From assembly GCA_017993235.1 (NCBI GenBank), contig JAGONC010000004.1, positions 24,873 to 88,872 on the forward strand: a DNA stretch of 64,000 nt. The letters run 5' to 3'. Source of the DNA: Lentimicrobiaceae bacterium. GTDB lineage: Bacteria; Bacteroidota; Bacteroidia; Bacteroidales; JAGONC01. The notes under the pieces were generated by a model. It was not told where the DNA came from. It ran no database searches and saw nothing but the letters and a program-made list of their open reading frames with translations. Shown piece after piece: positions 49,107 through 57,047 of the stretch; the stretch's first letter is position 1, and each line of letters starts with the position of its first letter. The position numbers and the translations under genes are program-made.

Positions 49107-49447
49107 TTCAATGCATGTTTTTTCCAGGCATAGAACAGACCCAGGGCCAATATTAAGAAAAATATCAGGATCTCGACCAATGCCACAACATTACCATGGA
49201 TCACAGCCACGGCCCACGGATAGATGAACACTGTTTCAACATCAAAAACTAAAAACAGGATGGCAAAGAGATAATACCCGACTGTATACTGCAACCAGGC
49301 TCCTCCGATAGTTGGAATGCCGCATTCGTAGGGTTCGAATTTCTGGGAGTTGAAGGATTTGGGAGGGATAAAGCCTGAAAACAAAAGCGCGGCTCCTACC
49401 AGCACCACCGCAACAATGAAGAACAGGACAAGTGACTGACTCTCCAT
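49097..49447 (-). CDS. nuoA: NADH-quinone oxidoreductase subunit A
   Basis: 116 aa, 3 [11 protein letters not shown] motif. Confidence 0.85.
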   Translation of the reverse strand: MESQSLVLFFIVAVVLVGAALLFSGFIPPKSFNSQKFEPYECGIPTIGGAWLQYTVGYYLFAILFLVFDVETVFIYPWAVAVIHGNVVALVEILIFFLILALGLFYAWKKHALKWE

Positions 49448-49568
49448 AGGGTATCATTTGCAGGCATCAAAAATATGAAAAAAGTTACATCTGGTAAATA
49501 AATTTAGAGGAGTGGTGTTGTTTGGAATGGATTCAAGTAAAGCGTGTGCTGTTGAGAGGAGAAATACA

Positions 49569-49811
49569 TTATTCTTTGATTTGCTGAAGATATTCATTGA
49601 TGATTTTCAGGGCAAGGTCATAATGATTTTCAGTGACGAATATCAGGGCCGCGTCTTCGGGTGATCCGGAGGCCCAGCCTGCGATGACGCTCTCTTCCAG
49701 AGTGTTGCGCAACATCGCCTCGATGCCGTTCTCCTGAAGAAGTTCCATCAGATACGTTGCTTCAACGATGGATCCGGTATAAACGTGTTTAATCTCAACC
49801 TGTTCTTCCAT
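49569..49811 (-). CDS. DUF2007-like small protein
   Basis: The pattern IEAMLRN...AGWASGSPEDAALIFV...YDLALKII resembles the putative signal-transducing DUF2007 fold. The start is trimmed to the ATG at 49811. Confidence 0.5.
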   Translation of the reverse strand: MEEQVEIKHVYTGSIVEATYLMELLQENGIEAMLRNTLEESVIAGWASGSPEDAALIFVTENHYDLALKIINEYLQQIKE

Positions 49812-49933
49812 AGAAGTTTGTTTGATTTGCAAAATAAAGCAAAAAATAATAAATTTTACAAATTACCCTGATAATTTTAGTATATTGCACTTCTAAACAA
49901 CCATTGGGATTGGGTCATTTAATCTCCCTCGAA

Positions 49934-51364
49934 ATGAAAAAAATATTACTGATCCTGACCGGCCTATGGTTAGCTTTCGGTTCAATGTCCCAGATCCTCG
50001 ACCAGCAGGTAATTGCTACCGCTGGAAATTACAGTGAAGCAGACGGGATATCACTTAGCTGGACGATGGGCGAATGTGTCATTGCCACTTTCGGGAACGA
50101 TGATATCATACTGACCCAGGGATTTCAGCAGCCCCTGATGACATTTACCGGTCAGTTGTTGTACATTCCGGAAGGATGGAGCGGGATTTCAAGCTGGGTG
50201 GATCCCACTGTGCCACTTGCCGAAGATATTTTCGAACCTGTCATCGCCAACCTGGTGATCCTCCTCAATCCATTCGGTCAGGTATTCTGGCCTGCTCAGG
50301 GTATTAATCAGATCGACCCACCGCCGGCAGAAGAGCTGGGCTGGGTGCCTCATCACGGCTATATCGTCAAAATGGACCAGGAAGCAGTCATCCTTGTGGA
50401 AGGTATTGCTGAATCCGACCAGTCAGTGAATCTCCCCGCCGGATGGTATACCATACCCATTCTTGCACAGAACATGGTGCCTTCCTCCAGTTTGTTTGGT
50501 CAGCTGGATCCCAACCTGGTGATCGTTAAGGAAATAGCTGGAAACCGGATCTGGTGGCCCGCCATGGGGATATATACCCTGACAAGCACAGAACCAGGTA
50601 AATCGTATCAGATACTGCTATCGGCTTCCGACGTGCTTGATTTTACTCCCTTCAGCGCTCCCGCGCCATGCGGACCTTCAAATGTCGAATTGAACCAGCT
50701 GGCGAACCCTACTCCCTGGAACAACGTCGAATTTACTGGGACCTCCCACACGATTGCCATTGAAAAGGACGCCTGGGACGACGTTGAAGGCATTGGATAT
50801 GGTGATTATTTGGGTGTATTTACCCATAATGGCCTGTGCGCAGGCATGATGCTCTACACAGGTAAAAAAGAGGCCTTATCCATCACTGCTTTTGGAGATG
50901 ATCCCACCACAAACAATGCCACGGAAGGATTTGTCAGCAATGAATCCATGAGTTTCCGGCTTTTCAGGACTTCGACCCATGAAGAGTTTCAGATAACCGC
51001 TACCTTTGATCCCATCCTGCCCAATACGGATGTTTATCAGGTTAATGGACTTTCGGGGATTTTGGATATGAGTGTAGTGGCAACCTCCATTGCTGAGACC
51101 GGACTGAAGGATGTTGAAATTTATCCCAATCCTGCCAGCGATCACGTAATGATCAAATGTATCGGCAGCATTTCGCAGGATGCCAGTTTAAAAGTGTACG
51201 CTGTCGGAAGTGGCCAGCTGGTAAAAGAGGTCCGTATCGAAGCTAATCTCATGGATCTGGATATACATGACCTTGCCCAGGGTGTGTACTTCATCCGGAT
51301 CACCGACGGACATGAAATCATGATTAAAAAACTGATCAAGCAAGGCAATGAATTCAATCAATAA
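49934..51364 (+). CDS. Secreted multi-domain protein with T9SS C-terminal domain
   Basis: Signal peptide. N-terminal QVIATAGNYSE...LSWTMGECVI...LTQGFQQP module. T9SS CTD (IYPNPASDHVMIKC...GVYFIRITDG...KKLIKQ). The start is trimmed to 49934. Confidence 0.7.
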   Translation: MKKILLILTGLWLAFGSMSQILDQQVIATAGNYSEADGISLSWTMGECVIATFGNDDIILTQGFQQPLMTFTGQLLYIPEGWSGISSWVDPTVPLAEDIFEPVIANLVILLNPFGQVFWPAQGINQIDPPPAEELGWVPHHGYIVKMDQEAVILVEGIAESDQSVNLPAGWYTIPILAQNMVPSSSLFGQLDPNLVIVKEIAGNRIWWPAMGIYTLTSTEPGKSYQILLSASDVLDFTPFSAPAPCGPSNVELNQLANPTPWNNVEFTGTSHTIAIEKDAWDDVEGIGYGDYLGVFTHNGLCAGMMLYTGKKEALSITAFGDDPTTNNATEGFVSNESMSFRLFRTSTHEEFQITATFDPILPNTDVYQVNGLSGILDMSVVATSIAETGLKDVEIYPNPASDHVMIKCIGSISQDASLKVYAVGSGQLVKEVRIEANLMDLDIHDLAQGVYFIRITDGHEIMIKKLIKQGNEFNQ

Positions 51365-51377
51365 AGGAAACGGTACA

Positions 51378-52028
51378 ATGCAGTTCCTCACCTGCAGGCT
51401 TATCCTGGGGGCACTCCTGATCCTATCACCCTGGTTCCTCAGGGCACAATTGCCTCCCGGTTGGGAGTACGTGCCATCCTATTCATCCCACATCATTGCA
51501 CTACCGCTTGCTGTTGCACCCACATTCAATGGGGTACCCTTGACTGCTGGCGACCATATCGGCGTTTTTTATGATGATGCCGGTGTATTGAAATGTGCGG
51601 GCGCTGTGGTCTGGAATTCAACTTCCAATGTTTCCATCAGTGCCTATGGCGATGATCTTTATGAGACCGGCAAACAGGGTTTTATCGAGAATGATACAAT
51701 CTACTGGAAACTCTATCATTGGCAGGATGAAGAAGAGGCTGATGGAGAAGCAACGTGGGAGATAGGGTGTACGGGCTGCACACACTGGGATGGTCACTGG
51801 CATGATTTCGGATTATCGGCCCTGGCATCCCTTGATGCAACATCATTCATCCCGGGTGATGCCAACGGGGATGGTGTCGTGAATGTACTCGATGTGATTA
51901 CAGTCGTAAACTATATCATGGAACTGAATCCTTCCCCCTTTATCTTCAAGGCTGCGGATGTAACCGGCGATAACATTGTCAATGTACTGGACCTGATTGG
52001 GATTGTGAATATCATCATGGGCGGATAG
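51378..52028 (+). CDS. Secreted protein with C-terminal dockerin-type repeat pair
   Basis: Signal peptide (FLRAQ). GDANGDGVVNVLDVITVVNYIM and ADVTGDNIVNVLDLIGIVNIIMG are two dockerin-like Ca-binding repeats. Confidence 0.7.
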   Translation: MQFLTCRLILGALLILSPWFLRAQLPPGWEYVPSYSSHIIALPLAVAPTFNGVPLTAGDHIGVFYDDAGVLKCAGAVVWNSTSNVSISAYGDDLYETGKQGFIENDTIYWKLYHWQDEEEADGEATWEIGCTGCTHWDGHWHDFGLSALASLDATSFIPGDANGDGVVNVLDVITVVNYIMELNPSPFIFKAADVTGDNIVNVLDLIGIVNIIMGG

Positions 52029-52033
52029 GGTGA

Positions 52034-52792
52034 TTAGAACTCCGACACATCAAAATACCTCCCGATCGGCATAATATACAACGGTTCTTCCTCTTCGGGC
52101 AGCTGCATCACCTTCCTCACTTCAGCATCATCAAAAGCACCGATAGCGCAGGTTCCCAGGTGAAGGGCTTCAGCCTGAAGGTACACATTCTCTGCCGAAT
52201 GCCCGAGATCCATACATACATACCGTTCACGTCCCCTGTCGCCGTACCTTTCTGTCGTCCGGCTGTAAACCGCACTGTAGAACAAACAGGCCGGGGCAAC
52301 GCTGATCATCTCCTGGCCGAGTGCTGCGGCAGACAGTTCCTCTTTGATATCTTTATCAATGATCCTGACTATTTTATGTTGTTCCGGGACGTACCGGTAC
52401 ACGCCCGGTTCAATACCCCTGACGTTACCTACCAGCGCATAAATCTCAAGGGGGTATCTGGCGCCTGCCGAAGGTGCCGTCCTGAGTCCGCCGCGGGTCT
52501 GTTTATACCCCTGCAACGGTTTGGTGATCCCATACGCAGACCATAATATCTGCGACAGCTCTTCAGCGGTAATGGCATCTTTCAGGTAAGACCGGTGCGA
52601 GCGCCGGCTGGAAATGGCTTTTTCCACTGAAACATCCCCGTCAACTTGAGGTGATGGGAGAACATAGGACAATTGCGGATTTTCCATTTTGACAAGATCA
52701 GTTTTTTCTTCCGGTGATTTTACTTTATCCGTGCACCCAATGCCAAAAATTAGCGGAAAAAGGATCAGAAAAATTTTTTTCATAAGTCTCAT
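52034..52792 (-). CDS. SagB/ThcOx-type nitroreductase-fold protein with lipoprotein signal
   Basis: MKKIFLILFPLIFGIGC lipobox, then RRSHRSY, ELSQILWSAYG, GGLRTAPSAGARYPLEIY and LGTCAIGAFDD. Confidence 0.75.
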   Translation of the reverse strand: MRLMKKIFLILFPLIFGIGCTDKVKSPEEKTDLVKMENPQLSYVLPSPQVDGDVSVEKAISSRRSHRSYLKDAITAEELSQILWSAYGITKPLQGYKQTRGGLRTAPSAGARYPLEIYALVGNVRGIEPGVYRYVPEQHKIVRIIDKDIKEELSAAALGQEMISVAPACLFYSAVYSRTTERYGDRGRERYVCMDLGHSAENVYLQAEALHLGTCAIGAFDDAEVRKVMQLPEEEEPLYIMPIGRYFDVSEF

Positions 52793-52829
52793 GATCAGTT
52801 CAGTTTTTTATTTAGTTGAGCGCTCTGTC

Positions 52830-55337
52830 TCATTGCAGCACCAGTTTCTTCATAACCGTCTGATCTCTAGTTTGAATTATAAGGATATACATGCCCTTCG
52901 GATACTTCGAAAGATCAATCTGGACTGCATTTCCATCCCAGCTGAATTCACCGGCCTGTGTTCCGGTGATCGTATAGAGCTGAATAGGGGTGGAGTGATC
53001 CGGATCAGCCGGGGCTCCTTCCGCCACGACCTGAATGAGTCCTGAAGCAGGATTGGGGTAGGCCTGGATGAGACGATCATTTTCCTTCATCCCGGTGATA
53101 ACGGGCGATACGGTAAACACCACCAGGTTGCAAGCAACGTCCAGGGTTGGATTGAATCCATCACTGCAGTCTTCGCAGGTGACCCCGGTCACGCAGTCGG
53201 GATGATTGGGATGGCATAAATCAACATAATCCTCGTAGAAAACATACTTCAGTTCAACATCATCATCACCGATAAAAGGAGTCATATCATAATCAAACCA
53301 CTGGGCAATGGTTCCCGGGCACCATCCTGCGCGGTTGTGATACCAGGTTCCGTTCTGGGGCTGGCATCCATCGGGATTGGGATTGCAGTCGTACCAGTTG
53401 TGCTGTTCGAAGGTTTGTTCGCCATTCACCCAGATATGGTGGGTTGCTTCATAGAATTCAGCTGCATTGTCTGTGTTCAGATCGCCCCACCCATGACCTG
53501 TGGAAACCAGCTTAAGCCTGGCTGCAGCAGCTCCCTGGGGAAATTCGAGTGTCCGGTCCTCAACGGGCTGAAGGTTGGCATAATCCCCAAACGGGTAAAT
53601 TTCATTCCATACCTCATAAACTGAACTGTATAGAAATTCCGGTGTACCCTGCCGGTAGTACAGGCTAAGTCCCCAGAGGTAACCGTTGTCCAGTGTGCTG
53701 CAGTTGAACCGGAATTCCACTTTACCCAGTAAAAGAGAAATATAATCCGTAAGATCAATGACACTGGAACATTCAACGCTATATGGAGTAATATAACGGA
53801 TGATCTCGTACCATTTTCCATCGTGACCTTTCACTTCAACGCCACCAACCCGGTCATATTCCCCGCACCCACCCTGGGGCGGGCAGGTAAGCGACAGGAT
53901 AGCTGTTACCCTGTCGAACGCGCCGAAATAGGAGGGCAGTTCAGCCGTTAGGACCTGCGAAACGTTGTTGGGATTCAGCCATATATTCTCTGCTGCCGTC
54001 ACTTCCATATCGGACGCACCGGGGACAATGTTCAGGCTAATGGCCTCCACGGCCGAAGCGCCGAAATTATTGGTGGAGATTACGTTAAGGGTGTATGTTC
54101 CATAATCCGGAGGGGTCCACCAGGCCGTGTAATGGCCGTTGAAATGATTCTGTGCAGGTATTGTCTGACCATTGATCTCGAATTCAACATCATGAACATA
54201 GAACAGTTCAGGATAATCAATGGTGGAAACCGTTGAAAGCAGTATCTCCAGCAACGAAGGCACAAAAACATCTCCTGCAAGCGGGTGCCTGACATCAATT
54301 TCGGGCACAAAGGTCACGGGATCCAGTACCATAAAGGTGTTGACGATCGGTTCTGCCGGATCGAACACATCGTCGCCAGGTTGAGATGCCTCGATGGCTA
54401 CCTCGCCGGAAGCACCGGTAAGGTTAACGATATTGCCGTCCATAGTGGCTGGTCCGTACAGAACCTCAAAAATTACCTCAAGGCCTGACGTGGCAGTGGC
54501 TTCAATTTCGAATGACGGATCGGTCACCAGGTGATTCGGGATCTGAGGAAAGGAAATGGCCTGGTAGCCCGGATCAAGTTCCCCATTAAAGTTGGAGGTT
54601 TCACCAGTCATGGCGAAGTTTAACAGGTCGGCATCCCTTTCACCGTCGCCGATCTCGCAGATCAGCTTGGTGATGGCCGTATTGTCACCGCCCGGATCTC
54701 CCTGGTTGAATTTATAATAGAGCTGAAGACCTTCTTCCGTCCCTGTCAGCTCATCATTCATCATGTCCTGGATCTGGGTTTGTGTCAGGGCGATGTTCCA
54801 GGCCGAGATTTCATCAATTTTGCCTCCGTAGACAAAATTGAATCCGCCTAATATGCTTTTGCCGATACCGAAATTCACGGTTTCCCCGACGAAATTCCCC
54901 GAAGCTGCTTTGCTTCCAATAAAATTTCCGTTGACATATAACGTAATTGCACTTCCATCGTAGATCCAGGCAATATGCTGCCATACCTGCGGAATGATGG
55001 TGTTTGCCGGAGCGACATACTCATGAAATCCGGCTGTGGTAACCAGGCGGCATTCCATAACACCGTTCGATAGTTGGATCAGATAGAACTCGGCTGTTCC
55101 CGAGCCTGCACGAAATCCCATGTAACCCTGCCCGTAGGCCAGCTCGTCGCAATTAAACCATCCTGTCAGTGAAAGCTGGTTGCTCCCGGAAAAGTACTGC
55201 GAACCGTTCACGAGCTGAACAAAGTCGTCAATCCGGTCGAAATGAAGGTACTGATTAGTCTGGGACATGATCAGGCCCGGATGCAGCACAACGAAAAGAA
55301 GTGCCAGTAATCTGATTTTTACATTTGATATTTTCAT
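52830..55337 (-). CDS. LamG + Ig-like + PNGase F-like (peptide-N-glycosidase F-related) protein with T9SS C-terminal domain
   Basis: The N-terminal LamG pattern ends in KIDEISAWN. The PNGase F-like core has CGEYDRVGGVEVKGHDGKWYEIIRYITPY, STGHGWGDLNTDNAAEFYEATHHIWVNG and NRAGWCPG. T9SS CTD (AYPNPASGLIQV...GMYILIIQT...KKLVLQ). Confidence 0.8.
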   Translation of the reverse strand: MKISNVKIRLLALLFVVLHPGLIMSQTNQYLHFDRIDDFVQLVNGSQYFSGSNQLSLTGWFNCDELAYGQGYMGFRAGSGTAEFYLIQLSNGVMECRLVTTAGFHEYVAPANTIIPQVWQHIAWIYDGSAITLYVNGNFIGSKAASGNFVGETVNFGIGKSILGGFNFVYGGKIDEISAWNIALTQTQIQDMMNDELTGTEEGLQLYYKFNQGDPGGDNTAITKLICEIGDGERDADLLNFAMTGETSNFNGELDPGYQAISFPQIPNHLVTDPSFEIEATATSGLEVIFEVLYGPATMDGNIVNLTGASGEVAIEASQPGDDVFDPAEPIVNTFMVLDPVTFVPEIDVRHPLAGDVFVPSLLEILLSTVSTIDYPELFYVHDVEFEINGQTIPAQNHFNGHYTAWWTPPDYGTYTLNVISTNNFGASAVEAISLNIVPGASDMEVTAAENIWLNPNNVSQVLTAELPSYFGAFDRVTAILSLTCPPQGGCGEYDRVGGVEVKGHDGKWYEIIRYITPYSVECSSVIDLTDYISLLLGKVEFRFNCSTLDNGYLWGLSLYYRQGTPEFLYSSVYEVWNEIYPFGDYANLQPVEDRTLEFPQGAAAARLKLVSTGHGWGDLNTDNAAEFYEATHHIWVNGEQTFEQHNWYDCNPNPDGCQPQNGTWYHNRAGWCPGTIAQWFDYDMTPFIGDDDVELKYVFYEDYVDLCHPNHPDCVTGVTCEDCSDGFNPTLDVACNLVVFTVSPVITGMKENDRLIQAYPNPASGLIQVVAEGAPADPDHSTPIQLYTITGTQAGEFSWDGNAVQIDLSKYPKGMYILIIQTRDQTVMKKLVLQ

Positions 55338-55379
55338 GATCTGTGAGTTTAAGGATTTTATCTAATTTATATGAGCTGG

Positions 55380-57005
55380 TCACGGGATCCACCAGATCTT
55401 GATCTCCGGTGAATCACCTCCCTGTCTGGCGATCGCCTCTTCGCAGTTGGCCGAGTTGAATTCGACTTCCGAGGGAGGGTAGGGTAGCCGGTAATGGCTG
55501 ATCGGGTCGCCCTCCCGTGGAGTTTTGCCTGTTCTGCGGGCCAGGGCATAAGCTTCCCACGGCTGACGGAAAGCGTCAAGCCACCATTGCGTGTAAATGA
55601 ACTGCAGCTTTTCTTCTTCCGTGGTGGCATTCCAGCTTCCGTATTTCATCAGTACGGACGATGCGTCAACTTTGCCCGGAATATTGACCATATCCGGGAA
55701 TTTCAGTCGGGAGGTAGGTAGCTGCGAATTTTCGGCGACCATCATCCACCATTCCACCGAAGCATTGATCCCGTTCATGTATTCGATATCAGCCTGATCC
55801 GGATCCATCAGCACACCGATTCCCCTGAAGTAGGCTTCAGCCTTGATAAAATGGATTTCAGCTCCGGTGATAAAAATGATGGGCATGTAATCCATATCCG
55901 CTACGATGAAATAATTAAAAGGTGAATACAGGCAGGTTTCTCCTTTGATAAAGAAGGCTCCGGCCTGGTCTCTGTGCGTGCCGTAAGGTATACCACCCTC
56001 CGATGGGGTTCCTGCGTCGGGAAGCTGTGGAAAAGGTGCCCACTGGTTATCATTGTTCGTTTCAAAAAATATGTACGCCCGTGGATCAAAGATCCCCCTG
56101 CCATCGGTGCTGTCATTCTCCGAAAACCTGTGCCAGATATTGGATCCCATCCTGAGATTATTATGTTCGCGGAATGACCAGTTAAGGCTTTCGTTACGGA
56201 AGCCTATCGCTGCAGGCCACAAACAGGCGCTTTCATACACGGGGGTGATAAAATCGTATCCTAAGAAGACAGGCCTGTCATTTTCAATGATATCCCTGAT
56301 GATTTCGCCAGCTAATCCGGGCTCTATCTCCGACATTCTCATGGCATGACGCAACCGCAGCGAGTTGGCCAGTTTCTTCCATTTCACCATATCTCCATTG
56401 AAAAGCTTGTCAAACTGAATAAAGGTAGTAAAAGGTTCGGCTATTTCCGCACTTTCATCGATATTTTGGTCAGCCCATTCCAGGCTCTCCAGGAGGGAGA
56501 GATAAATATCCCTCTGTGGATCGTATGGAGGACGCAACAGGTCAAGGTCCTGAAATCCATAACCTGCCTGGCTGAAGGGAATGTCGCCGAAAAGGTCGGT
56601 GACTTTAAAGGTTTTCAACGCCAGGGTGATCTCCAGCATGGCCTTCATGTTGGTAACACCCGGAGAATCCTCATATTCGCTGAATCGTTTTTGCAGTTCC
56701 CTGATCTCGGGGAGCGAACCGTAATAATTGCTCCATATTTCCTCGGTGCCCAGGGTGAAATTACCCCAGGCCTCTTCGGTCAGGGCTGCCAGTTGTGTCT
56801 GCTTGTACAGGATCTCATTGTTGATGTAAAATTGTTCATTCCATCCAAGTTGCAGGGATGATATGATATTGTTGAACAATGCGCCGTCGCTTGCTGTGGT
56901 GAAATTGTTCGGGTTGGTATTTATTTCTTCGAAATCCTTTGTACAGGATGTCAGAAAGAACAGGAGAATCACAAACAAACCGGCCGATTTATATTTTATA
57001 TTCAT
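55380..57005 (-). CDS. SusD/RagB-family nutrient-binding lipoprotein
   Basis: FFLTSC lipobox followed by TKDFEEINTNPNN. About 540 aa, directly downstream of the SusC-like gene. Confidence 0.85.
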   Translation of the reverse strand: MNIKYKSAGLFVILLFFLTSCTKDFEEINTNPNNFTTASDGALFNNIISSLQLGWNEQFYINNEILYKQTQLAALTEEAWGNFTLGTEEIWSNYYGSLPEIRELQKRFSEYEDSPGVTNMKAMLEITLALKTFKVTDLFGDIPFSQAGYGFQDLDLLRPPYDPQRDIYLSLLESLEWADQNIDESAEIAEPFTTFIQFDKLFNGDMVKWKKLANSLRLRHAMRMSEIEPGLAGEIIRDIIENDRPVFLGYDFITPVYESACLWPAAIGFRNESLNWSFREHNNLRMGSNIWHRFSENDSTDGRGIFDPRAYIFFETNNDNQWAPFPQLPDAGTPSEGGIPYGTHRDQAGAFFIKGETCLYSPFNYFIVADMDYMPIIFITGAEIHFIKAEAYFRGIGVLMDPDQADIEYMNGINASVEWWMMVAENSQLPTSRLKFPDMVNIPGKVDASSVLMKYGSWNATTEEEKLQFIYTQWWLDAFRQPWEAYALARRTGKTPREGDPISHYRLPYPPSEVEFNSANCEEAIARQGGDSPEIKIWWIP

Positions 57006-57047
57006 GATCTTAATTTTCTTCCGTTCAGTTATGTATGGTTTCATGGA

